Source: a virus
Taxonomy: Duplodnaviria; Caudoviricetes
Length of the DNA: 64,000 nt
Direction: 5' to 3' (one strand)
IMG/VR virus record: IMGVR_UViG_2534682025_000001
Coordinates: 20,615-84,614 of that record
Part shown: one piece after another, positions 46,521-55,303 of the stretch
How the letters are laid out: every line of letters begins with the position of its first letter
Numbering within the stretch: the first letter of the stretch is position 1
Made by a program: the position numbers and the translations under genes
Notes under the pieces: model-generated
Databases searched by the model: none
What the model saw: only the letters and a program-made list of their open reading frames with translations
Told to the model about the DNA's origin: nothing

Positions 46521-47107
46521 AGTTTCACTCCACCCTTTGTTGGGCTATTAAGTTTTACGACAACGTGTTTTTGTTCAGATGAATCGCCACCTGGAACGTC
46601 TTGAGGTTTTTCGCCCAACGCGGCTTTGTGTTCCTCAAATGCTTTTGTAAATTCTGTTTCTGATTCACGGTTGCAAGGGATAGTCACCAATGAAAGCTCA
46701 TACCATTCCCATGAATTGAATTGAATGCCACCACCCTTAATCATTTCCGCCTCATCCCAATTCGGGATAAAACCAACTGATAAACCTTTAACCAGACCGT
46801 ATTTCAATGACTGATATGCCTTATCAACTTCGCGCTTTAGGTCGCCTTCTTCCTCGATTTCAGGAATATGAATCTCGACCTCGATGCCATTCGCGGTGAC
46901 TTTTGCGCTTGTCACATGGCCAATGGCTGAACGCGGGTCATGGTGAAATAGTAAAGGCATAGGCAGATCGAACTCTGCGCCTTTTGGCACCATCACATCC
47001 TTGGCGCGATCTTGATTTGGTGTGCTTGCGATTCCCTTGAAGGTTCGCTTTTGCTCATCGAGGCTCTTAATTTCGACAGAGCCAAAGGTTTTATGTAGAG
47101 CAGACAT
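46517..47107 (-). CDS. HK97-family prohead protease (S78)
   Basis: FKGIAST...DR, PLLFHHD, KGLSVGF, ELSLVTIPCN. Confidence 0.92.
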   Translation of the reverse strand: MSALHKTFGSVEIKSLDEQKRTFKGIASTPNQDRAKDVMVPKGAEFDLPMPLLFHHDPRSAIGHVTSAKVTANGIEVEIHIPEIEEEGDLKREVDKAYQSLKYGLVKGLSVGFIPNWDEAEMIKGGGIQFNSWEWYELSLVTIPCNRESETEFTKAFEEHKAALGEKPQDVPGGDSSEQKHVVVKLNSPTKGGVKL

Positions 47108-47161
47108 AAGGCTCTCCCAATAAAAAAGCCCGCGTAATGCGAGCTTTGGAAAGTGAATAAA

Positions 47162-48835
47162 TTAAACGAAGTAGATGTTGTATTCTTTTTCGGCCTGTTC
47201 TGGATTCATTGACATGAGTGCCACAGCGTTAAACGTGGCAATCAATGGATCAATCTTCCCGACACCTGATTCCTGTTTGCTGATCATCATGCCGTTGCCT
47301 TTCACGACTGCACGCGCATTGCCAACACACCAAGTCATCAAGTCTTGGCCAGCATGGTAAAGATTGCCTTCTGCTAGTTTTCGCTCTGTGGTGAGGATAT
47401 AGCCCATTAATTTGAAGCCCTGAGCCACTGCAATGAGCTTGTCTTCAGGAATGCCTGCATCGAGCAATCCATCTAATAGACCACCAAGACCAAGTGGATC
47501 CAGTCCTATTTTGTCGAGCTTTCCTGAGTCATATACCTTTTTTGCAATCAATGCGAGCTGGTCAATATCATCACCAACACGATCAACAATGGTCAGACTG
47601 CCTTCCTTCTCATAGTCAGCGTACTTTGGCGCATTCTCTTTACGTCTTTCGACTGCGGTTTTGTTGCACCAAGCATGATTCCAGAGCCACCAGATTCGAG
47701 AATTTCCCTTTAGCCTACCAAGAGCACTAAACCCCAAAAGATCGTCGAGCCCCCCACCATCCAAACCAAGTGTGATTACGTCTGATTTTTCAATCAATCG
47801 ATCAAGTGTGATTGTATCTCTGGCTTGTTGCAGCCAATATTCAGCACCAGCCCAGCGGTTAGCACGTAGGTTTAGGCCAATTGGTACGTTTAAGTGTTTC
47901 GCAAGGAAGTCGCGCAGAGATTCTTCGCCAGCATCTTTAACCTTCTCAAATTCGTTAATCAGGTAATCCAGGTCAACCGATGCACCCAAGTTTGGGTTGG
48001 TGACATAGAAGTTTTCAGTCTTTAAATGCTCACCTGCCTCAAGCATCCATTCAGGAAACTCATAGATTAGCGGTAAGAACTGAGGATTGATCTTAATGCC
48101 GTCTCGAACATCCCGAGCATAGTCCAGCAACTGCTTAAATACACCGCATGGCGTTTCATCTGACATGGTAGACAGGTAGATAACACAACCTTCGGGCCGT
48201 GATGCCAGACCACCTTTTGCTTCACGAAACATCGATTCAGCGTTTGAGCGCTTCCCAAACAGCCAAACTTCGTCAATTAAAATGATCGAAGCCTTTTTAC
48301 CAGCAGCAGCATTACTTTCCGCAGCAATCACTTTCAAGGTCGCATTCGTACCCAAGTGAGTGACTGTTTTAGTGTGCTCAGACACATTGAACATTTCCTG
48401 AAGCTCAGGATCAGCTCGAATGAAGTCTCGAATAGGATTAAAACTATTATCTGCGACCTCTTTCGTGGGCGCTAACAGGATGAGCTCAGCCGACATACGA
48501 TCATTTAAGATCAAGGCCACCATCATGATTCCGGCTGCAATCGTTGATTTGGTATTTTTCTTGGAGATCAGCAGGAAGAATTCACGAATTAAACGCTTCT
48601 TCTGTTCTGGATCATAAGCGCCAAAGATGGCACGTACAAATTCAATCACCCATGGCAATGTGACTTCGCCCATTTTCGGGCTACCCATCACATCAACCAG
48701 GATTAATTCTTTAAAAATCCGCTCTGCCACATCGGCCACTTCTGGGAAAAGCGGTTCACATGGCATGAGTGACTTTTTAGCGACAATACGTTCCTCCCAG
48801 TCTGGGCAGGATGTTGTCCATTCTGGGAGCATTGC
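47162..48835 (-). CDS. terL: Terminase large subunit
   Basis: ISKKNTKST Walker A variant, ILIDE, DGGGLDDL, KIDPL. Confidence 0.93.
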   Translation of the reverse strand, partial: AMLPEWTTSCPDWEERIVAKKSLMPCEPLFPEVADVAERIFKELILVDVMGSPKMGEVTLPWVIEFVRAIFGAYDPEQKKRLIREFFLLISKKNTKSTIAAGIMMVALILNDRMSAELILLAPTKEVADNSFNPIRDFIRADPELQEMFNVSEHTKTVTHLGTNATLKVIAAESNAAAGKKASIILIDEVWLFGKRSNAESMFREAKGGLASRPEGCVIYLSTMSDETPCGVFKQLLDYARDVRDGIKINPQFLPLIYEFPEWMLEAGEHLKTENFYVTNPNLGASVDLDYLINEFEKVKDAGEESLRDFLAKHLNVPIGLNLRANRWAGAEYWLQQARDTITLDRLIEKSDVITLGLDGGGLDDLLGFSALGRLKGNSRIWWLWNHAWCNKTAVERRKENAPKYADYEKEGSLTIVDRVGDDIDQLALIAKKVYDSGKLDKIGLDPLGLGGLLDGLLDAGIPEDKLIAVAQGFKLMGYILTTERKLAEGNLYHAGQDLMTWCVGNARAVVKGNGMMISKQESGVGKIDPLIATFNAVALMSMNPEQAEKEYNIYFV

Positions 48836-48845
48836 TGACATAAAT

Positions 48846-49298
48846 TTAACTTCTCAACTGTGAGCCCAATGTTCCAAACTTCCCGCCTTGAGTGGCTTTT
48901 TTGGCTTCATCGGCTTTGGTTTCTTTCTTGCCTTTTTCAGCGACCTTGCCATGAAAATATGGAAGAGCTGCTTTTGCTGCATCCATTCTCATCTTCATAT
49001 CTTCAACCGGATCAGTCCAAATTTCTTCTAAAAATTTGAGCGGGTCAGCACGATTGCCAGCAGTTTCAATGTCTTTTTTGGTGATAATTGGTCGTGGTTC
49101 TGGTTTGGAATCATCTTTAACTTCGGTGTTAATCTTGAGCCTTTCAATGTGTGCAATCACATCGGGATCTTTAGCTAATCTTGATCCGGCTTGTGATGCC
49201 GATTCAGGACTGTAACCCGCGAATATAGCGGCTTGCTTGTTATCTGCACCATCATGTTTAGATTGGGCAAATGCCTTCTTTTTTGCTGTTAAAGCCAT
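48846..49298 (-). CDS. terS: Terminase small subunit
   Basis: LTAKKKAFA, QAAIFAGYS, DPLKFL, AAKAALPYFH. Confidence 0.9.
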   Translation of the reverse strand: MALTAKKKAFAQSKHDGADNKQAAIFAGYSPESASQAGSRLAKDPDVIAHIERLKINTEVKDDSKPEPRPIITKKDIETAGNRADPLKFLEEIWTDPVEDMKMRMDAAKAALPYFHGKVAEKGKKETKADEAKKATQGGKFGTLGSQLRS

Positions 49299-49319
49299 GT
49301 GCCCTCCTTTAACATATTT

Positions 49320-49405
49320 GTGAAATGGGAAATTTTTTTATAAGTGAGAGGGGGCGTGGTGTCCGCTGGTTCAGGGTTTCAAACTTTTTGGCTCCCCCCT
49401 CACCC
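49320..49405 (-). other. Putative cos region of prophage 2
   Basis: GGGGGAG...GGACACCACGCCCCTCTC on minus just upstream of terS. Confidence 0.5.
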
Positions 49406-49678
49406 TGCGAGAATATCTTGGTAAAGCTTGTAAAACTTTTCCTTTGGAAGAACCTCAAGAAATCCATCTTTATTCTTAAACAAAACATCACCCAAGCCAG
49501 CGTCCTCTAAATAACTTTCAGTCTCCACTCGAATCTGACTACCACCTATTAGAATTTTATTCTCTTGATGCATCTTCTTGAACCAAGCTGGTAGCGCGGC
49601 CCAGTTATCTTTTGCAAATCCTAACAACCATTCAACTTCATAAGCATCAACAGTATGCTCAATCGTTCGACATCTCAT
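49400..49678 (-). CDS. Hypothetical protein
   Basis: ATGA overlap with HNH; GDVLFK..DG...KEKFYKLY. Confidence 0.65.
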   Translation of the reverse strand: MRCRTIEHTVDAYEVEWLLGFAKDNWAALPAWFKKMHQENKILIGGSQIRVETESYLEDAGLGDVLFKNKDGFLEVLPKEKFYKLYQDILAG

Positions 49679-49965
49679 TGTCTACTCTCCTTACTCGTCT
49701 TCTTCTTATGACATGGCACGCACAGGCTTTGTAGATTCTTCTCATCATCCGTACCACCTTGAGCCACATTAACGATATGGTCCAACTCAAGCTCCATAGT
49801 CACACGACCACATGAACAGCAGGTCCACTCATCACGTGTATGAATCTTCTGCTTGAGTCTGCGCCACGGTCTGCCACCACGACCTTGACCCCAATTGTTC
49901 TTAGGTGGTCTCGGAGCCTTCGGTGTCATCGCTTGTAGTTTGCTTTGCAGTCTGGGTAGTTTCAT
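49675..49965 (-). CDS. Terminase-associated HNH endonuclease
   Basis: GRPWRRLK..RDEWTC..C, LDHIVNVAQGG...NLQSLCVPCH. Confidence 0.92.
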   Translation of the reverse strand: MKLPRLQSKLQAMTPKAPRPPKNNWGQGRGGRPWRRLKQKIHTRDEWTCCSCGRVTMELELDHIVNVAQGGTDDEKNLQSLCVPCHKKKTSKESRQ

Positions 49966-50200
49966 GACCAATCTTTCCGAATAGTTCCAATACCTGTTGA
50001 CTAGTAACAGTTGTGCGAACAGTTACATCAACCGTCCACATGTCACCACTGTTCCCATTAAGGGATAGGTCTTGCACATCACCCAGATACATGCCATTGC
50101 TCAGGCGAACTCGGGTGCCTTGTGCACTAACCCGATCATCGCCCACAACTTCAATACCTGCGACTTGTAATCGCTTGCTTCTATACTCATCGTTATTCAT
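49901..50200 (-). CDS. Hypothetical protein
   Basis: 99-aa ORF in operon. Confidence 0.6.
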   Translation of the reverse strand: MNNDEYRSKRLQVAGIEVVGDDRVSAQGTRVRLSNGMYLGDVQDLSLNGNSGDMWTVDVTVRTTVTSQQVLELFGKIGHETTQTAKQTTSDDTEGSETT

Positions 50201-50212
50201 ATCTATCTACTT

Positions 50213-50575
50213 TTAACGTCTGCGTGATGCGCTATCTTTTAAATACTTTTCAAGATCAACATTAGTATTAGCACTAATGACGCTCTCACTATTATTCAAA
50301 GTCCACTTTCCTTGATCGTTACCAAAATCAGCGCGAATCAGCCCAATATCCTTAAGCTGTTCATCAGTAAGCTGCTCAAGCGCCACACCTGGACAAAGCA
50401 CCACAGCTTTAGACTCGCAGAACTCTGGCCACTGCTTCTTGATAGCCTTTGCAATCTCAGGAGTAATTGGTCTTTCTGTTCTTAGCACATTGATTGCTGC
50501 ATCTGGTGATAAAGGCTCGACCGTGAAATTAATAACGATTGGTCGCTTTAACCATTTCTTAATTAGTTCAAACAT
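50213..50575 (-). CDS. Hypothetical protein
   Basis: 120-aa ORF in operon. Confidence 0.65.
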   Translation of the reverse strand: MFELIKKWLKRPIVINFTVEPLSPDAAINVLRTERPITPEIAKAIKKQWPEFCESKAVVLCPGVALEQLTDEQLKDIGLIRADFGNDQGKWTLNNSESVISANTNVDLEKYLKDSASRRR

Positions 50576-50578
50576 ATC

Positions 50579-50779
50579 CTACCCATCCAAACACTGTGAC
50601 TTAGGCTTCTCATCCTCATCACCTTCCAATTGAATCAATAGCTCATTGATCTGAGCATTCTGTTCATTGTTGATCTGGATGAGTTGGTTGTTTTGCTGAA
50701 TCAGCTGATTGTTCTGTTCGATTAGCTTGAGAAGTAAGTCGTTCGATACACAACCGCATTCTTTCTCTTGATCGCTCAT
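50579..50779 (-). CDS. Small coiled-coil protein (KECGCVSN family)
   Basis: Homolog of 6372-6593; QxNxQLI repeats. Confidence 0.7.
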   Translation of the reverse strand: MSDQEKECGCVSNDLLLKLIEQNNQLIQQNNQLIQINNEQNAQINELLIQLEGDEDEKPKSQCLDG

Positions 50780-50828
50780 ATTGTTCTTTCATCCATTTAC
50801 GTCGTGCTTCACATGCTGCACAGGTCAT
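50664..50828 (-). CDS. 54-aa CxxC protein overlapping previous gene, not in ORF track
   Basis: MTCAACE...ERMRLCIERLT; start overlaps the NinB stop. Confidence 0.55.
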   Translation of the reverse strand: MTCAACEARRKWMKEQYERSRERMRLCIERLTSQANRTEQSADSAKQPTHPDQQ

Positions 50829-51319
50829 TGGCTCATCTCCATCAAATATTTAAGATCATCTGGACAAGTCAGCTTCACACCATCCTTCAAGCACCACATT
50901 TCAATATCAGTTAAGAATTCAGCCATCTGCTTTGTTGTGGCTTCTGTAATGCTCATTCGATTTGATACAAACTGTCTTAATGGCTCATAGCCCGGATTGC
51001 GCGATTCTCTTAAATCCCGAATGACCTTGAATGTTTCTGGATATTCACCTACATTGTCGCGATTAAAAATGATAGATAGGTATTTGTATTTGAAGAATGC
51101 TGCCGATTCCTCTTTATCCAAACCGCGCTGCTTTCCATACTCGGTCATCCAGAGCCAATACAGTCTGCGTTGAGCATCCGAAAGTTTATCTTCCTTCTGA
51201 TCAATCACCACACGTAAAGGCTTACCCTCATTAATCGCCTGAGTGTAATTGGTATGCATGTAGTTAATAGCTTTGGTGATGTCGGCATGACTCTGGATAG
51301 GAAACACGGCTTTTTGCAT
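50825..51319 (-). CDS. NinB/YbcN-family recombination accessory protein
   Basis: KPLRVVI...SDAQRRLYW.W, S.TE.T..QM.EF...IE.W. Confidence 0.75.
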   Translation of the reverse strand: MQKAVFPIQSHADITKAINYMHTNYTQAINEGKPLRVVIDQKEDKLSDAQRRLYWLWMTEYGKQRGLDKEESAAFFKYKYLSIIFNRDNVGEYPETFKVIRDLRESRNPGYEPLRQFVSNRMSITEATTKQMAEFLTDIEMWCLKDGVKLTCPDDLKYLMEMSQ

Positions 51320-51336
51320 TTCCTATCCCTCTCAAG

Positions 51337-51726
51337 TTATTGCGCTTGGTGTAACTTTTCTTTCAACAAATAGCCTTCAAGCTGCCAGATTTTATTACGT
51401 GCATTTTCGTACGCAACCTTCTGACCAATTTCAGCATCAAAGTTTTCAGGACTTGCACAAGCAGACTCGCCAGTAACAGTGAAACCGTTTTTCAAAACAA
51501 TTACGCAGAAGGTTAATAGGTCAAGCTGCTGTGGTGGATTGATGAATCGCTCACCTTCAGGCAGTGAGTTAAATTCTTCAGAAGATGCAAGCGCACCCGC
51601 ATAACCGTCACCAGCGGTAAAGTAATGAACACTTTGAATAACTGAATCAATATGATCTGGTGTTAAGCGTGGTGCATTAAGGCCTTTGTCTTGAATTTCT
51701 TGTTCAATCTGCTTTTCGTTTGACAT
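51337..51726 (-). CDS. Phage Gp49/Gp66 family protein
   Basis: APRLTPDHI, LTFCVIVLKNGFTVTGESACASPENFDAEIG, IWQLEGY. Confidence 0.85.
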   Translation of the reverse strand: MSNEKQIEQEIQDKGLNAPRLTPDHIDSVIQSVHYFTAGDGYAGALASSEEFNSLPEGERFINPPQQLDLLTFCVIVLKNGFTVTGESACASPENFDAEIGQKVAYENARNKIWQLEGYLLKEKLHQAQ

Positions 51727-51761
51727 CTTCTTCTCACATAAAAAAGAGCCATTTGGCTCAG

Positions 51762-52037
51762 TTAAAAAATCTCTTTGTCTGTTTGATTCAACATCCGCTC
51801 AACTCTCACCAACCACTGATCAAACATTGCTTCACTCTCTGCCCGATTACCTAATTGGAAAGTATCGAACTGGAAATGACAGGAATGGCATAGCGGCACC
51901 GTGAACTGGTCAGAGCTTTTAATCGATCTACCCTTACCATGCTTAGCACTATTTGAATGAGCAGCCTGGCTATTGGGATTACCGCATCGGATGCAAGGCA
52001 GTTTTCTGATTGCTGCTAATCGCTTTGCATCACGCAT
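51762..52037 (-). CDS. DUF968-like HNH-fold protein
   Basis: IRKLPCIRCG, AAH, KSSDQFTVPLCHSCH. Confidence 0.8.
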   Translation of the reverse strand: MRDAKRLAAIRKLPCIRCGNPNSQAAHSNSAKHGKGRSIKSSDQFTVPLCHSCHFQFDTFQLGNRAESEAMFDQWLVRVERMLNQTDKEIF

Positions 52038-52203
52038 ACAGCGCAACACGCAAATTCTTAATACGCTCTTTCAGCTTAATCATGATGCCGTCAATTGCCA
52101 GCAGCTCATTTCGCGTTAATCCAGCCCGACTGAGATTCTGATACTTAGACAGCTCAGCACTACAAAATTCTAAGTCTTTTTTCGCTTGTACTTTGTCTGT
52201 CAT
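52030..52203 (-). CDS. 57-aa KYQNLSRA-family protein, not in ORF track
   Basis: Homolog of 6846-7019. Confidence 0.72.
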   Translation of the reverse strand: MTDKVQAKKDLEFCSAELSKYQNLSRAGLTRNELLAIDGIMIKLKERIKNLRVALYA

Positions 52204-52304
52204 AGGACCACCAAATAAGAAAAGAAAAACCCCTCAACATCTAGAATGCGAGGGGCTTTGTTTGCCGTAATACGTCCGGCTAAGTCACCGAAGTGACAAG
52301 GGTT

Positions 52305-52412
52305 TTATTCATCTAGCCATTTACCACACTTGCGACATTCCACCTGGATAAAAATATCAGACTCGTAATCGTAGTGATGAAAGCAGAATAGGCGTTTTAA
52401 GAATTGGAGCAT
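52305..52412 (-). CDS. 35-aa zinc-binding microprotein (DUF1660-like)
   Basis: MLQFLKRLFCFHHY...CRKCG; AAGGAG SD. Confidence 0.65.
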   Translation of the reverse strand: MLQFLKRLFCFHHYDYESDIFIQVECRKCGKWLDE

Positions 52413-52426
52413 TTGATTCTCCTTAC

Positions 52427-52497
52427 ACCGGAGCTTATACCGGAGCTTATACCGGAGTTAAGCTTTAGTTTTAATTCCGGCGAATTCGCCGGAATTA
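52427..52497. repeat. 12-bp tandem repeat (x3) and perfect 26-bp palindrome
   Basis: ACCGGAGCTTAT repeats at 52427-52460; TAATTCCGGCGAATTCGCCGGAATTA at 52472-52497. Confidence 0.85.
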
Positions 52498-52566
52498 GAA
52501 TTCGAAATATTATTAGGAATAATTTGTGGTTAAAAATGTGGCTCCCTCATTTGTGAGGGTAGCATC

Positions 52567-52641
52567 TGGCACGCCATGCAGGACTCGAACCCACACCACC
52601 GATTTTGGAGACCGATGCTCTACCAGTTGAGCTAATGGCGC
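52567..52641 (-). tRNA. tRNA-Trp (anticodon CCA)
   Basis: Cloverleaf with acceptor GCGCCAT/ATGGCGT, loop CTCCAAA, G73, encoded CCA; U27-G43 and G30-U40 wobbles. Confidence 0.9.
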
Positions 52642-52647
52642 TTAAAT

Positions 52648-52881
52648 AAGGATGTGGCGATCTGCCACACCCTGCCTTAGATTACGATATTGACCAGCTT
52701 GGCAACTGATCTACCGCTACTCACAATCACACACACCTAACATGCACGGTCTGCTTTACTTGCTTTCAATCCTCTTTAGGTCGGGGCGCTACTCCCTGGT
52801 CTAGATTCCCGAAGGAAGTTTACTCGATGGCATGTTCCACTGGTCAGCACTCCAGTAGGCTTGGGTTGCCTTTTTACAGGC
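52648..52881 (-). ncRNA. Candidate structured late RNA (copy 2)
   Basis: Homologous to 7801-8035 with structure-compatible substitutions. Confidence 0.72.
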
Positions 52882-52945
52882 AACAAAAAAGCCCACCATT
52901 TGGCGAGCCTCTTAACACTTGGTCACTTTTGTATAGAACGACCAG

Positions 52946-52984
52946 TCTATAAAAATACTATCTTATATGGGGCTTATTTGTCAA
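52946..52984 (-). promoter_or_regulatory. Late promoter pR'-like
   Basis: TTGACA-18-TAGTAT, then TATAGA; spacer shares CCATATA with the prophage 1 promoter. Confidence 0.6.
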
Positions 52985-53518
52985 TTAAGCTTTTCTCAAA
53001 TTTTTCCGATAGATATCTGCATAAAAATCTATTTCATCACGCATGTCTGAAAGCATAATTTCTACCATGTTTTCCAGATAAGCATAGTGCTCCCGATACG
53101 TCCGCATCTTCATCTCTGTGATGCCAAAAAAGCGTAGTTTGTCTTCGGCTTTAAAATTACCCATATCTCGAAGACTTAAGAATAGCGCCATCTTTGCCAC
53201 CTTGAATGCAAAGGACTTAAGATCAAATCGAATACGCTGCACATCCTTTGCTAAAGCCTCATAGAGACTAGCAGCTAAATAATGATGCAAAATATTGTAG
53301 GCCATTGTGTTATCTCGATAGTCACCCCATACCAAGATTTCACAATATGCCTTTGTTGCCTGATCATCGATTGAAGCAATAGCACCACAGCGATCTTCCC
53401 ATGTAATTGGCTCCAAACTACCACCCCCTTGACTTGGTTCATAATTTGCTGTTTTGGCTCTTAACTGCTGCCCCAACCATTCAATGTTTGTCATCTTTTC
53501 AGCTACCATCGCATTCAT
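52985..53518 (-). CDS. Putative late antiterminator (Q position)
   Basis: Directly upstream of late promoter/terminator; no clear similarity to prophage 1 Q. Confidence 0.6.
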   Translation of the reverse strand: MNAMVAEKMTNIEWLGQQLRAKTANYEPSQGGGSLEPITWEDRCGAIASIDDQATKAYCEILVWGDYRDNTMAYNILHHYLAASLYEALAKDVQRIRFDLKSFAFKVAKMALFLSLRDMGNFKAEDKLRFFGITEMKMRTYREHYAYLENMVEIMLSDMRDEIDFYADIYRKNLRKA

Positions 53519-53529
53519 CCCATCCACCC

Positions 53530-53604
53530 TCAAACCCTTAACTTTTCAACTTGAATAATCAGCTTCCCGCCTTTTTCTGATGGCAACCGCTTTAAGTCAG
53601 TCAT
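53530..53604 (-). pseudogene. Probable C-terminal remnant of a RusA-like resolvase
   Basis: KRLPSEKGGKLIIQVEKL resembles RusA C-termini; position before Q. Confidence 0.45.
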
Positions 53605-54542
53605 GCCCAACCATCCACTAAATAGGCAGCCTTTCTAGCTAGAGATTTGTATGCTTTCGCATCAATAACTATCAATTTCACCCCCGGGTGATAAATGGCC
53701 ATCCTTTTGATTTTGGTTTTACTTCTATCATCCATCCACCCCTTTACCTCGTGGTACACAATAGACCCATCACTCTCTGTAACTCGAAAATCTGGCAAGT
53801 ATGAGCAGGTGCCTCTTTTCACTCCTTCAAACCAAAAGGTCTCAGGCTCATGCTCCCACTTTAAGATCTGACCTTTTTGCTTTAACCACTCTAAGTAATG
53901 GGCATAATTTAATTCCCACTGGCTTCTATAGAAATTTCGAACCCCACCAACCTCAGCCCATTGCTGCTTCCATGATGCCTTGCGTCTTGCTGGATACAAT
54001 GTGCCGTTCTTCTCTTTGGTTTGCGCTTGCTTCAAGTTTTTGGCCGCCCAATCATCTTCCGTTAACTTGGAAAGACCTTTGGATGTATTTTCAGAGATTA
54101 GCTCTCGCACCTCTTGGGTGTGCTTCTTGCCCAAAAAACCTTTTGGGTGCCCATGCTGCTTAATAGCCTCTTTAGCCGATGTTGAATTTCTGGCTTTCTG
54201 CCTAGTAGACGCAATTCTCGACTTATCTGTTAGTCCAAGCTCCCCTGCTCTTCTACTAACATTGGTTTTTTGCCCTCTCCCTAATTCCTTTGTTAAATAA
54301 TCAAGATCAAAGCTTGATGCAGGCGTATTCATATAGTAAGCAATAATCTTTTGATCATCTTGCTTGGTAAATTTTTCGCCTTTCAACCTATAGCCAAATG
54401 CCTTTAGATGCCTATGAACGGCACTATGCGATGTTCCATGTGCATCCGCAGTTTTATGAACACTCTTTAGCTCCAGATAGGTTTTCCAATAATCATCAGC
54501 TTTCTTTTTAGCTTCTGGATTTTCTGTAAGTTTTGCGACCAT
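53601..54542 (-). CDS. HTH + NUMOD3-like + PD-(D/E)XK endonuclease
   Basis: FLGKKHTQE; YRSQWE, WEHEPETF, YLPDF, EVKGW. Confidence 0.8.
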   Translation of the reverse strand: MVAKLTENPEAKKKADDYWKTYLELKSVHKTADAHGTSHSAVHRHLKAFGYRLKGEKFTKQDDQKIIAYYMNTPASSFDLDYLTKELGRGQKTNVSRRAGELGLTDKSRIASTRQKARNSTSAKEAIKQHGHPKGFLGKKHTQEVRELISENTSKGLSKLTEDDWAAKNLKQAQTKEKNGTLYPARRKASWKQQWAEVGGVRNFYRSQWELNYAHYLEWLKQKGQILKWEHEPETFWFEGVKRGTCSYLPDFRVTESDGSIVYHEVKGWMDDRSKTKIKRMAIYHPGVKLIVIDAKAYKSLARKAAYLVDGWA

Positions 54543-54647
54543 TTATACACCCACCTTATTCTTTTTCCCCGACTTGGCTGTTACGCCAAATCGAGGGCCA
54601 ATACCGGCTTTTCGTGCCTGCGCTGCAGTGATACGGAGATTAGTCAT
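54543..54647 (-). pseudogene. 34-aa ORF, possible N-terminal remnant of the replaced gene
   Basis: MTNLRITAAQARKAGIGPRF, then stop right before the endonuclease start. Confidence 0.4.
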
Positions 54648-55086
54648 TGGCACCTCGCAGGGCTTGTTCCTTCTTAACCAAATGAGAAATTGCTTTCCGA
54701 ACCTTGATGCTAAGTTCCTCACGCTTCCAGGAACTAATAACAGCAGCTCTCATTCGACTTAATCCATAGACTGCTTTTAATCGGTTCTGCAACTCATCCC
54801 TTTCCTTCTTCTTCTCGATATAACAAGTCTCCATGTTGTTGAGCTGGGCTTTAAGCTCATCAATCTCACCCTGACGAGCATTCCAGCCTTTGGTGTGCCA
54901 TTCTTGAGTGATAGCAACAAATTCATCCTTAGAGCGCTGACGTTGTGTGTTCCAACCCTGATAAACCATCTGAACTGGCAACACTCGATAGACATCACCA
55001 TCCCTATCAAACAGCTTGTCACCGTGAATGAATCGCATGTTTGTGTAGAAGTCTTGATCCTCAAACCACTTTTCAAAATCACTCAT
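54640..55086 (-). CDS. Hypothetical protein
   Basis: FEKWF...GWNARQGEIDELK; N-terminus homologous to 11341-11511. Confidence 0.7.
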   Translation of the reverse strand: MSDFEKWFEDQDFYTNMRFIHGDKLFDRDGDVYRVLPVQMVYQGWNTQRQRSKDEFVAITQEWHTKGWNARQGEIDELKAQLNNMETCYIEKKKERDELQNRLKAVYGLSRMRAAVISSWKREELSIKVRKAISHLVKKEQALRGAND

Positions 55087-55303
55087 GCTCAATCACCTTC
55101 GTATTTGGAGAAACATGATTCCGAATGTCACTACAATGGTCAGTTTCCTCATCCGACCACTGTTTTACATTCACATCAAAAGGCTCTGTTTTCCGTTCTG
55201 AGCAATAGGTACAGATCAACTGGCGCTCAACACTCTCAACTGTGGAAATATTTTCCCAATCATGGTCACAGTCTTTTAATTCTGTTTTTTCGATCAAGCT
55301 CAT
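55079..55303 (-). CDS. Hypothetical zinc-binding protein
   Basis: CDHDW...CTYC, DIRNHVSPNTKV. Confidence 0.7.
   Translation of the reverse strand: MSLIEKTELKDCDHDWENISTVESVERQLICTYCSERKTEPFDVNVKQWSDEETDHCSDIRNHVSPNTKVIEHE

Noticed and set aside
52861-53058. Plus-strand 65-aa ORF over the late promoter
   Set aside because: TTG start, overlaps terminator/promoter, and not conserved in the prophage 1 copy
53590-54560. Group I intron carrying the endonuclease
   Set aside because: No non-coding space for an intron core, and the flanking pieces are too short to rebuild a full gene
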